This document shows, piece after piece, positions 19,710-28,207 of a DNA stretch of 32,279 nucleotides. This stretch comes from Bacteroidia bacterium (GTDB taxonomy: Bacteria > Bacteroidota > Bacteroidia > Bacteroidales > VadinHA17), in NCBI GenBank assembly GCA_026391215.1, contig JAPLDX010000049.1, positions 1 to 32,279 on the forward strand. Reading direction: 5' to 3'. The position numbers were made by a program, and so were the translations under genes. Positions within the stretch are counted from its first letter, which is position 1. Each line of letters starts with the position of its first letter. Below the pieces are notes generated by a model. The model saw only the letters and a program-made list of their open reading frames with translations, searched no databases and was not told the origin of the DNA.

Positions 19710-20747
19710 ATGCCGAGAAAAAGGTACCTTATATTTTTCTTTCTGATTCCCGTAATTTTTTATTCCTGCAGACCAGCAAGGCATGCAGTACAGCCATCTG
19801 GTGGAGAAGCAAATGCTGCAGCCTATATTGAAAAATATAAAGACCTGGCTATCAGTGAGATGAAAAGAACAGGAGTTCCTGCCAGCATAACACTGGCGCA
19901 GGGTATGATCGAATCTGATTTTGGCCACAGTACGCTTGCCCGCGAAGGAAATAATCATTTCGGTATAAAATGTCACAGCGACTGGACAGGACCTACCATC
20001 AGGCATCATGATGACCGCAGGAACGATTGCTTCCGGAAATATAAGAGACCGGAGGACTCCTTTTATGACCATTCAGATTTTCTTAGATCAGGTTCGCGGT
20101 ACAGTTTTCTTTTTGATATTGACAGAACCGATTATAAAGGATGGGCAAAGGGTTTGAAAAAAGCAGGTTATGCTACAAATCCTGATTATGCAAATATGCT
20201 TATAACAAAAATTGAAGAGAACAACCTGTATTACTTTGACCAGGATAAGCCTCTGGCGGAACAACCCGGAAAAACGAAAGCTAAAGTAGAAATTGAAACA
20301 GAAACAGCTAATGAAGCTGAAAAACCTGTCAGTGACAGCCTGACTGTAAAAGTACCCTTAGAAAATAATAAACCGGCTGTTGTCTCACAAGTTCAGAGAA
20401 TTATGGAAAACAACCGGGTTCAGTACATCATAGCAAAGGACGGAGAGACCCGTGAAATGATTGAAAATGAATTCCAGCTGCTCAAATGGGAGCTGTCAAA
20501 GTACAATGAGCTCAGCGAAGATTTCACTCCTGTTTCAGGACAGATGCTCTATCTTCAGCCAAAGAGGGATAAGGCAGAACCGGGTAAAGAGGTTCATGTT
20601 GCAAGTGAAGGAGATACAATGTATTCAATATCTCAGTCTTACGGAATAAAAAAGAATAAACTGTACGAGATGAACCGCATGATTGAAGGGGAAGAGCCTG
20701 TAGCTGGTAGCAGATTATGGCTGAGGACAATGAAGCCGGTTAACTGA
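19710..20747 (+). CDS. Glucosaminidase (GH73) domain + LysM peptidoglycan hydrolase, probable lipoprotein
   Basis: PASITLAQG..ES..G, NNHFGIKC and GYATNP.Y motifs; C-terminal LysM (GDTMYSISQ.YGI); FYSC lipobox; -7 box TATTTTTG at 19687-19694. Confidence 0.9.
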   Translation: MPRKRYLIFFFLIPVIFYSCRPARHAVQPSGGEANAAAYIEKYKDLAISEMKRTGVPASITLAQGMIESDFGHSTLAREGNNHFGIKCHSDWTGPTIRHHDDRRNDCFRKYKRPEDSFYDHSDFLRSGSRYSFLFDIDRTDYKGWAKGLKKAGYATNPDYANMLITKIEENNLYYFDQDKPLAEQPGKTKAKVEIETETANEAEKPVSDSLTVKVPLENNKPAVVSQVQRIMENNRVQYIIAKDGETREMIENEFQLLKWELSKYNELSEDFTPVSGQMLYLQPKRDKAEPGKEVHVASEGDTMYSISQSYGIKKNKLYEMNRMIEGEEPVAGSRLWLRTMKPVN

Positions 20748-21705
20748 TATGTATGGAATAGTCGGCGATTCTGAAACCACGCAGAAATTCAACAGTATTC
20801 ATCTTTTTTTTACCTTCAATCTGAAGATTTAATATATGTATGAATCCGTTCCTGCATGCTATTTTTATAAAGTGCTTCGCATCTGAAATTATATGGCCCG
20901 GCTTAAACCGGTGTTCCATATTTTCAGGTTCACTTTCATAGATCTTTAATGAAGAGACCTCTGTCCTTCGCCAGAGAAAGGTTCTCGCACAGGGATATGG
21001 AGCAAGACCCCTGATAAGATTATGAATCTTATCAGGATCGCTGTTCCAGTCAATAGTACAATTTTCAGACAGGATGCGGGGAGCTGTCTTAAGCACTTCG
21101 CCCGGCTTTATAAACTTTGACTGGTTTTGCGGCTTAATATTGTTTTCAACGAGTCCTTCCAGAGTTTTGATCATAAGCCTGGCCCCTTGTCTCATTAGCC
21201 GGTCATGAAGATCTCCGGCATTTTCGAATGGAATGATCTGAACCGTCTCCCTCAGGAGTATGTTCCCGGTATCAATTTTTTCATCAATAAGGAAAGTAGT
21301 AATTCCGGTTTCTGTTTCTCCGTTCATTATTGCATGGTTGATAGGAGCTGCGCCGCGATACTGAGGAAGCAGGGATGCATGGAGATTTATCGTTCCTAAG
21401 GATGGAATTCTCCACACAACTTCAGGAAGCATACGGAAAGCAACAACAATAATTATATCCGGCTTTAGTTTCTTTAAAGTAGTGATGAAAGAAGGATCTT
21501 TAAGGTTATCAGGCTGAATGATTGGCAGATAGCTGAATTCAGCAAATTCTTTTACAGCCGATTTGGTTATCTTTCTTCCTCTGCCGGCAGGTTTATCGGG
21601 CGCAGTAACGACGCCAACCACACTAAAGCCATTCATGATCAATGACCCAAGAGTTGCTACTGCAAACTCAGGAGTCCCCATGAAAACTATCCTGAGGCTT
21701 TTCAT
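20740..21705 (-). CDS. fmt: Methionyl-tRNA formyltransferase
   Basis: IVFMGTPEFA, PDKPAGRG and NLHASLLPQYRGAAPI motifs. Confidence 0.97.
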   Translation of the reverse strand: MKSLRIVFMGTPEFAVATLGSLIMNGFSVVGVVTAPDKPAGRGRKITKSAVKEFAEFSYLPIIQPDNLKDPSFITTLKKLKPDIIIVVAFRMLPEVVWRIPSLGTINLHASLLPQYRGAAPINHAIMNGETETGITTFLIDEKIDTGNILLRETVQIIPFENAGDLHDRLMRQGARLMIKTLEGLVENNIKPQNQSKFIKPGEVLKTAPRILSENCTIDWNSDPDKIHNLIRGLAPYPCARTFLWRRTEVSSLKIYESEPENMEHRFKPGHIISDAKHFIKIACRNGFIHILNLQIEGKKKMNTVEFLRGFRIADYSIHIS

Positions 21706-21745
21706 AAATGGTTAATTCAGCTAATATTACAAATCTATAAAAAAA

Positions 21746-22978
21746 TCAGTCCTTGGCAAAATGCTTGTAACATGTAAGATTGTGCCCCATTTTATTTGCT
21801 TTTGTCTCAAGATAGAACTGATTATGAGGATTGGGTTTAATAATAAGGGGAATAGTCTCAACTATTTGTATGCCATACCCTTCAAGCCCTGCACGTTTAA
21901 CCGGATTATTTGAAATAAGCTTTATTTTTCCAAGTCCAAGCTCCCTCATTATATTAGCTCCAACGCCATAATCCCTTTCATCCTCGCCGAATCCCAGTTT
22001 CAGGTTTGCCTGGACAGTATCCATACCTTCATCCTGGAGGCGGTAAGCTTTTATTTTGTTAAGGAGTCCAATGCCCCTGCCTTCCTGGCTCAGGTAAATG
22101 ACCACTCCTTTGCCTTCTTTCTCAACCATTTCCATTGCCTTGTGAAGCTGCGGGCCGCAATCACATCTCAGTGATCCGAAGATGTCGCCGGTAAAACAGG
22201 AGGAATGAACGCGAACCATTACAGTCTCATCTTTTGTCCATGTTCCTTTTACCAGTGCACAGTGTTCCTGCCCATTACTGATCTGCCTGAATGGAATGAA
22301 CTCGAAGTCTCCGCTTACAGTTGGCAGCATAACTCTTTCTCCTTTCTGTAAAATAGATTCCCTTTCGAGTTTATATTTAATAAGGTCGCGGATAGTTATT
22401 ATTTTGATGTCGAACTTTTTCCGGAGCTTTACCAGGTCATGAAGCCTTGCCATTGAACCGTCATCATTCATAATCTCAACAAGGGCACCTCCCGGATTAA
22501 GGCCTGCAAAGCGTGTAAGGTCAACAACAGCTTCAGTATGACCGGCTCTTCTCAATACACCTTTTGCTTTTGCCTTCAGCGGGAATATATGGCCTGGACG
22601 ACCGAGATCTGTCGGTCTTGTTATAGGATTTACCAGAGATTTTATCGTAAGCGCCCTGTCCTTTGCTGATACACCTGTAGATGTTTCTTCATTTATAAGA
22701 TCAACCGATACTGTAAACTGTGTTTCATGGAACGAAGTATTGTTCCCCACCATCAGATCGAGGTCAAGCTCTTCACATCTTTCTTCGGGCAATGCGGCAC
22801 AGATAAGACCGCGTCCGTGTTTTGCCATGAAATTGACAGTCTCCGGAGTTATCAGTTCAGCGGCACAGATGAAATCTCCCTCATTTTCACGATCTTCATC
22901 GTCAACCACGATCAGCAGCCTGCCATTCCTTATGTCCTCAATAGCTTCCTCAATAGTGTTTAATCTGATATTATTCAT
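21746..22978 (-). CDS. ribBA: Bifunctional DHBP synthase / GTP cyclohydrolase II
   Basis: [37 protein letters not shown] and QEGRGIGL motifs. ATG at 22978. Confidence 0.97.
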   Translation of the reverse strand: MNNIRLNTIEEAIEDIRNGRLLIVVDDEDRENEGDFICAAELITPETVNFMAKHGRGLICAALPEERCEELDLDLMVGNNTSFHETQFTVSVDLINEETSTGVSAKDRALTIKSLVNPITRPTDLGRPGHIFPLKAKAKGVLRRAGHTEAVVDLTRFAGLNPGGALVEIMNDDGSMARLHDLVKLRKKFDIKIITIRDLIKYKLERESILQKGERVMLPTVSGDFEFIPFRQISNGQEHCALVKGTWTKDETVMVRVHSSCFTGDIFGSLRCDCGPQLHKAMEMVEKEGKGVVIYLSQEGRGIGLLNKIKAYRLQDEGMDTVQANLKLGFGEDERDYGVGANIMRELGLGKIKLISNNPVKRAGLEGYGIQIVETIPLIIKPNPHNQFYLETKANKMGHNLTCYKHFAKD

Positions 22979-24482
22979 TTTGTTCTGTTTTATTATCAGG
23001 ATTAACTGTCTTCCCAAAGAATGTAATCCTGTATATAGAATCTTTTATCCTGCGTAAAAATGAAAGGTATGTTTCAATATTCATTATTACTGAATCTGTT
23101 GCTGCCTTATATGTAAGAAACAGTCCGATAGGCAGCAGTATATATGATGATGCCCACATTCCTGCAACTCCGCTGACAAGGTCTTCCTCAACAAGTTTCT
23201 CGCCAGATAATGAGATAACATACCAGATCACAAAGAAAAAAATCGATATTACAGCAGGAGTTCCAAGTCCTCCTTTTCTTATTATAGCGCCAAGGGGAGC
23301 TCCGAAAAAGAAGAAGATAAGGCAAGCAACAGGAAGAGTCAGCTTCCTGTGCCATTCAACCTCATACCTTTTATTACTCCTCGATTCATATTTCAGTGAC
23401 TCCAGATTATCAGTAAGAGCCAGGTTCGCATCCTTTAATTGTTCAATAGTTCTTGACAGTGTTACCCTCCTGTCTGAAATTGAGAGGGAGTCAAAAACCG
23501 CTTGCGGGTTAAATGTACTGATTGCTGTCCGTGATTTCAGTGAATAGTTTTTCTCTGATAAATCTTTTGATCCCAGCGGTTCAACGAAAATTTTCGATTG
23601 GGCGAATTCGCCAACCCATGACATTTGTTTTCCGGCATATCTTCCGCCTAGGGAATCAACGAAATGGGCAAGCTGTGACATATCCAGGCTCCAGGAAGTA
23701 GATGTAAACATCTCATTACCACTGCGTTCCAGGTCGAATCCGGTAAGACCAAGTACAATTGTCTGCTCTTTGAAAGTGTCCTTCCTGGAGGGATATCTTT
23801 TCTGATCAACTCCCGGATTTTCTTCTTCCATTTCATAGAACGATTCACCATTGTATAGGGTCATAATCAATGCTGTTTCATCCGGTGTGATCTTTATATA
23901 ACCTGAATCAGCACATATTACCGCAATGTTGCCCTTTTTGTCGCGATGGTCATAGACAATCAGTCCATCAAGACGGGTGGAAAAAGGATCTTTAGATGTT
24001 ATTTTGATGCTAAAGCCATCTATATCGTTATTGAACGAACCGGCCTGAAGATTAATATCTGGACGTTTGCGCCTTATATCTAAAAGCAGAGTTCTGGCCT
24101 GCCTGTTTGAATAGGGGAGAACAAAATTTGAAAAAAGAAAAGACACAAGAACCAGGAAAGATATCAGCACTATCAAAGGTCTCATTATTCTCTGAAGGGG
24201 AATCCCTGATGATTTTAGTGCCGTAAGTTCGCTGAATTCGCCCATGTTGCCGAATGTCATCAGAGAGGCCAGAAGGACTGCCAGTGGAAGCGCGGTTGGG
24301 ACAAAGGAAAGCGAGAACTGGAACAAGAGCTCCGAAATTATCTTAAGATCAAGCCCTTTGCCGGCAAGGTCATCGATATACATCCACAGGAACTGCAAAA
24401 GGAGGATGATAAGCACAATAAAAAATGTGAGTATCAGCGGGCCGATAAATGATCTCAAGACGAATTTGTCAACCTTCTTCAC
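22971..24482 (-). CDS. LptF/LptG family LPS export permease
   Basis: Three N-terminal and three C-terminal TM helices; [10 protein letters not shown]...R and [12 protein letters not shown] motifs. Confidence 0.92.
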   Translation of the reverse strand: MKKVDKFVLRSFIGPLILTFFIVLIILLLQFLWMYIDDLAGKGLDLKIISELLFQFSLSFVPTALPLAVLLASLMTFGNMGEFSELTALKSSGIPLQRIMRPLIVLISFLVLVSFLFSNFVLPYSNRQARTLLLDIRRKRPDINLQAGSFNNDIDGFSIKITSKDPFSTRLDGLIVYDHRDKKGNIAVICADSGYIKITPDETALIMTLYNGESFYEMEEENPGVDQKRYPSRKDTFKEQTIVLGLTGFDLERSGNEMFTSTSWSLDMSQLAHFVDSLGGRYAGKQMSWVGEFAQSKIFVEPLGSKDLSEKNYSLKSRTAISTFNPQAVFDSLSISDRRVTLSRTIEQLKDANLALTDNLESLKYESRSNKRYEVEWHRKLTLPVACLIFFFFGAPLGAIIRKGGLGTPAVISIFFFVIWYVISLSGEKLVEEDLVSGVAGMWASSYILLPIGLFLTYKAATDSVIMNIETYLSFLRRIKDSIYRITFFGKTVNPDNKTEQNE

Positions 24483-24543
24483 TGTCTGGCTGAATTTGGG
24501 AGCGAAAATACTCGAATTTTGGGAAAAAACATAACTGATTAGC

Positions 24544-24592
24544 GGTGTAGTGGTATAATGGTATAACGGTATAATGGTAAATATGGTATGAT
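24544..24592 (+). repeat. Tandem octamer array GGTRTART (left arm of inverted pair)
   Basis: GGTGTAGT GGTATAAT GGTATAAC GGTATAAT GGTAAATAT GGTATGAT. Confidence 0.9.
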
Positions 24593-24610
24593 CAGATAAT
24601 GGGAAGAAGA

Positions 24611-24964
24611 CTAATGACTACGGGCAGCTATTAATTTTGAAAGCATTACAGAAATCTTCCTGCATTCATCTTTCAGAGCATTAGCATCATCAGCATTTAA
24701 ATAGCCAATTTCTTGAGCAATGATAATCTGGGTCAATAATTCAGCAGAAGAACCTTTAGCTATATAAAAGTGTTTTATTGATTGTTTATTGGTTTCCAGT
24801 TCATCACCTTCAGCAATGTTAGAAGGAATACTTACAGAAGACCGTTGAATCTGATCTTTGAAACCAAAGTCTTTGGAAAAAGACTGAGATTTTGTTATTC
24901 TATAAATGTTTACAGCGAGCATTTTGGCAGTTTGCCAAACACGAAGTTCTTGAAAATTTCCCAT
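24611..24964 (-). CDS. Four helix bundle protein (23S rRNA intervening-sequence protein / TIGR02436-like, Avd-related fold)
   Basis: 117 aa with F..L.VWQ.A..L...IY..T......DFG..DQI.RSSVSIPSNIAEG.......F..IAKGS..E..TQ...A...GY signature. Confidence 0.92.
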   Translation of the reverse strand: MGNFQELRVWQTAKMLAVNIYRITKSQSFSKDFGFKDQIQRSSVSIPSNIAEGDELETNKQSIKHFYIAKGSSAELLTQIIIAQEIGYLNADDANALKDECRKISVMLSKLIAARSH

Positions 24965-25018
24965 GATACAGCGAGATTAAAATATTAGCACTAAAAATTT
25001 AAAACCAGATTCTCGAAA

Positions 25019-25109
25019 ACCATTATACCACTAAACCACTAAACCACTAAACCACTACACCACTACACCACTACACCACTACACCACTACACCTTTGCTC
25101 CTTTGTGCC
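25019..25109 (-). repeat. Tandem octamer array (right arm of inverted pair)
   Basis: + strand: ACC ATTATACC (ACTAAACC)x3 (ACTACACC)x5, then degenerate TTTGCTCC TTTGTGCC. Reverse complement of the left-arm units. Confidence 0.93.
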
Positions 25110-25110
25110 T

Positions 25111-25491
25111 TTATATTCCCAACGCCCTTTTCAGATCTTCAATCTGACTATTCCACAAGCTGATGGCATCCTCTTTTTCTTCCGGTTCCGCGAAATCGGT
25201 TATAAGGAGGGCGAGGCTGCCGCTGAGTTCTTCAATATTGATTTTGAATTCAAAATAATTAGACTCTTCATCATCCGCATCGAGCCATTCAAACCTGACG
25301 AATTTATTTTCCTTAAATGCTGAAAGTCTTGCCTTAAGCTCTGACTTATTCCAGATGAAAGTAAAGATATCCCCTTCTACATTAACATCTTCAGCGAACC
25401 ACTCACCAAGTCCTTCCGGTGTGCTGAGCCGGGAGAAAAGGACTTTTGGAGAACAATTCAATGTATATTCCAGTTCGTACTTCAGTCTCAT
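25111..25491 (-). CDS. START-like (SRPBCC) domain protein, Bacteroidota type
   Basis: 126 aa with LSTP.GL.EWFA..V....F.F.W and L.ITDFA......W..QI..LK..LG pattern. Confidence 0.82.
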   Translation of the reverse strand: MRLKYELEYTLNCSPKVLFSRLSTPEGLGEWFAEDVNVEGDIFTFIWNKSELKARLSAFKENKFVRFEWLDADDEESNYFEFKINIEELSGSLALLITDFAEPEEKEDAISLWNSQIEDLKRALGI

Positions 25492-25576
25492 TATTAGTTC
25501 AATCTGTACTGCAATGCAATATAGAAAAAATATCGGAACATTAATAAATCTTGTTGTTCATTAACGGTAAACTGAT

Positions 25577-25584
25577 TATATTTG
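25577..25584 (+). promoter_or_regulatory. Bacteroidota -7 element (TATATTTG) for tRNA-Met
   Basis: TATATTTGCA 21 nt upstream of the tRNA. Confidence 0.7.
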
Positions 25585-25605
25585 CACCCGCAAAAGATGA
25601 CTGTT

Positions 25606-25679
25606 GGCGAGATAGCTCAGTTGGTTAGAGCGCATGATTCATAATCATGAGGTCCGGGGATCATTCCCCCGTCTCGCTA
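25606..25679 (+). tRNA. tRNA-Met (CAT), probably elongator; CCA not encoded
   Basis: Acceptor GGCGAGA/TCTCGCT+A, D-arm GCTC..GAGC, anticodon arm CATGA-TTCATAA-TCATG, T-arm CGGGG-ATCATTC-CCCCG. Confidence 0.93.
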
Positions 25680-25689
25680 CCTGAAAATG

Positions 25690-25729
25690 AAGCAGTTATG
25701 AAAACGATATTCATAACTGCTTTTTGTTT
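25690..25729 (+). terminator. Hairpin/terminator after tRNA-Met
   Basis: AAGCAGTTATGAA-AACGATA-TTCATAACTGCTT 13-bp stem plus T-run. Confidence 0.8.
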
Positions 25730-25881
25730 GAATACAAAGGTGCAAATATAAAATTATGGCTTGATGTAAAATGGTTGACAAAAAAAGTTCAAGGAATAGG
25801 CTTTTTGTTATTTGATTACATCAAAGTCTTTTTTACCTTTAATAGAAATAAGTCACTTGGTAGTTATTCATAGTCTTGGCA

Positions 25882-26990
25882 ATGAAAAAAGCAGCTCTTT
25901 CTTCAATTCTAATGGTAACCTGCATCCTGGCTTTATCCCAGGTCCCGGAATCCTTCAACTACCAGGTGGTGGTGCGTGATGGCTCTACAAATAGTCCATT
26001 AACGGATCAGAATGTATCGTTCCGGATGAGCATTCTCAAGGGTAACAGTTCGGGTGAATCTCAATATTCTGAATTGCATAGCGCTAATACCGGTACTTTA
26101 GGTATAGTGAATCTGGTAATTGGAAATGGGACCGACAAGACAGGTGACATTACTACCATTGACTGGGGAGCCGATACATACTATTTAAAAGTTGAGGTTG
26201 ATAAGACCGGAGGAGAGAGTTTTTTTGAGATGGGGACTACACAGTTGTTAAGTGTTCCTTATGCATTGTATGCGAATAAATCAGGTTTAAGTAAGGATAA
26301 CAAAGCATTTGATAGTTATATAAAAGATGATTTTACTTTAATTGCTTTACCTAAAATATTTGTTGAATATCCATATAGTTTAGTGCCAGCAGTAACCGAT
26401 GAAGATTGGAATACCTATAGCACTGTTAAAATTGGAACACAAATTTGGATGGCAGAAAACCTGAGAACTACGAAATACAACGATGGCTCTGATATACCAA
26501 ATTTGACATCAAGTGATGATTGGATATTGGAAGATGGAACAACAGGCATGATGGAGCATATTGTTGGTATGGTAATGAAGAGGCTACATATAAAGCCACT
26601 TGCGGTGCGTTGTATAACGGATATGCGGTGGTTAATACAAGAAAACTATGCCCCACTGGATGGCATATACCTGCTAATGAAGAATTTATAACATTTACAA
26701 CATATTTAGGTTCCTTGAAAGGTGGCAGATTAAAAGAATCAGGCACAACCCATTGGGAAGCGCCCAATACTGATGCAATAAATGATTGTAAATTTACAGC
26801 GCTCCCGGGTGGTTCCCGCGGTAATGATGGTGCGTTCGGTTATATTAGATACGACGGTTATTATTGGTCGGCTACAGAGGTTAATCCGACTCTCGCATGG
26901 ATCAGGCACCTAACCAACGTCAGCAGTGAAGAGCTTGAGGGCTATGTCAGTAAGAAGCAAGGCTTATCTGTTCGTTGCATCAAAGAATAA
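25882..26990 (+). pseudogene. Exported FISUMP (Fibrobacter succinogenes major paralogous domain) protein, frameshifted at ~26545
   Basis: ORF1 has a signal peptide, the Bacteroidota FNYQ.V.RD...LSVPYALYA domain and the FISUMP start (VKIGTQIWMAENL). ORF2 continues the same domain (GALYN...LCP.GWHIP...ALPGG.R...YWS.TE...GLSVRCIKE) in another frame. Confidence 0.85.
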
Positions 26991-27065
26991 TTAATAACGA
27001 GTTGGCAATTTAGGTTATCTCTTCCACAAGTGTAATATTAAGAATATTAACTAATTATTATAATT

Positions 27066-27260
27066 ATGTTCATCGGATCACGCAACAGGTTTAATGAATT
27101 CAAAGATGATTTCATTAAGGATACAGGAAAGAAAGCTGAAGAGAATATCGAGCTCTATACACAGTATGTGACAGCAAGATTTGCAGATCAGAACCATGCC
27201 CTGCTTAAGGAGCTCTCAATTGAAATACAGGACCTGTATAAAGTGCTGAAAAAGGTGTAG
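27066..27260 (+). CDS. Small hypothetical protein (64 aa, helical)
   Basis: ATG after an AT-rich leader, charged helical composition, fills the intergenic space. Confidence 0.6.
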   Translation: MFIGSRNRFNEFKDDFIKDTGKKAEENIELYTQYVTARFADQNHALLKELSIEIQDLYKVLKKV

Positions 27261-27353
27261 TCCGGGTTGTTCACCCACCGGTACTAAAGTTTGCTTTTGT
27301 GTTTTTTGATGAACTTTTATTATCTTTGTTTATCATCTTTAAATCATAAAAAC

Positions 27354-27605
27354 ATGAAACCAGGTTCATTTATTGCCGGATTGCTGACAGGTGCAGTTGT
27401 CGGCGGAGTTATTGCCCTTCTCTATGCGCCCAAAAGCGGAAAAGAAACTCGTGAAGATCTTAAGCAAAAACTTGAGGAATACGGCAAAAAGGTAGAAAAC
27501 ATTAAAGCCAAAGCCAGCCAGAAATCAAAACAGGTCCGCGAAGACCTGGCAGGCAAGATTGAGGATCTGGCAAAAGAGATAGATAACCTGTCAAAGGCCG
27601 TCTGA
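27354..27605 (+). CDS. YtxH domain protein
   Basis: FIAGLLTGAVVGG..ALLYAPKSGKETR motif plus coiled coil. ATG 27354; -7 box TATCTTTG at 27321-27328. Confidence 0.9.
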   Translation: MKPGSFIAGLLTGAVVGGVIALLYAPKSGKETREDLKQKLEEYGKKVENIKAKASQKSKQVREDLAGKIEDLAKEIDNLSKAV

Positions 27606-27621
27606 CCAGAATCCCTTTATC

Positions 27622-27978
27622 ATGCTTGAGGAAATTGAGAATATCAAAAAAGATATTCAGGAGTATATTGAGGTGAAGCTTGACCTGTTCAAGCTTCAGT
27701 CGGCTGAAAATATCTCCAGGGTCGTAAGCAATGTTGTGGTTGCAGTAATTGCTTTGCTGCTTGGTTCCCTTGTCCTTTTCTTACTTTCTTTTGCTGCCGG
27801 TTACTTCATGGCTTCTCTCCTTCATTCAAATGAACTGGGCTTCTTATGTGTGGCAGGTTTTTATATTCTTCTTATACTGATTATTCTGATTTTCAGGAAA
27901 TCGATCATCGATCGTCCTGTGATAAAATCAGTGATTAAGATATTCTTTCCAAAAACAGGCAGCGATGAAAAGAATTAA
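27622..27978 (+). CDS. Phage-holin-like (YqjE/holin superfamily III-type) membrane protein
   Basis: Y.E.K.DL.KL...E helix followed by two TM segments; directly behind ytxH. Confidence 0.75.
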   Translation: MLEEIENIKKDIQEYIEVKLDLFKLQSAENISRVVSNVVVAVIALLLGSLVLFLLSFAAGYFMASLLHSNELGFLCVAGFYILLILIILIFRKSIIDRPVIKSVIKIFFPKTGSDEKN

Positions 27979-28207
27979 TCAATATGATTATTCAGGTATC
28001 TCCTCTTTTAAGGATTTTCGCAAGGAGAAAGAGAGGCTGACTCTGAAAAGCAAAATCATTGATGCAAAGCTGTCACTTGGCTTTATGAAAATAAAGCAGG
28101 ACCTCACACCTTCAAACCTGCTGATCTCTCTGGCCAGGGAATATTTGCTGCCCCGGATTGCTAAGTTAACAGGATTGTCCTCTGCAGAGAGAGAAGATAT
28201 AACTTAG
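27965..28207 (+). CDS. Hypothetical protein (third gene of the ytxH operon)
   Basis: 80-aa ORF overlapping the stop of the preceding gene. Confidence 0.65.
   Translation: MKRINQYDYSGISSFKDFRKEKERLTLKSKIIDAKLSLGFMKIKQDLTPSNLLISLAREYLLPRIAKLTGLSSAEREDIT

Noticed and set aside
24552-24575. TATAAT -10 boxes within the left octamer array
   Set aside because: They are a by-product of the repeat unit; this lineage uses TAnnTTTG promoters.
24544-25109. CRISPR array or IS element
   Set aside because: Units are 8 bp without spacers; no cas or transposase gene and no target-site duplication.
24611-26990. Complete DGR (Avd + target)
   Set aside because: No reverse transcriptase or template repeat in the window. 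The four-helix protein looks like the IVS-type family and is separated from the FISUMP gene by a housekeeping gene and a tRNA.
27622-27978. Prophage lysis gene
   Set aside because: No endolysin, structural or integrase genes nearby; the context is the ytxH operon.
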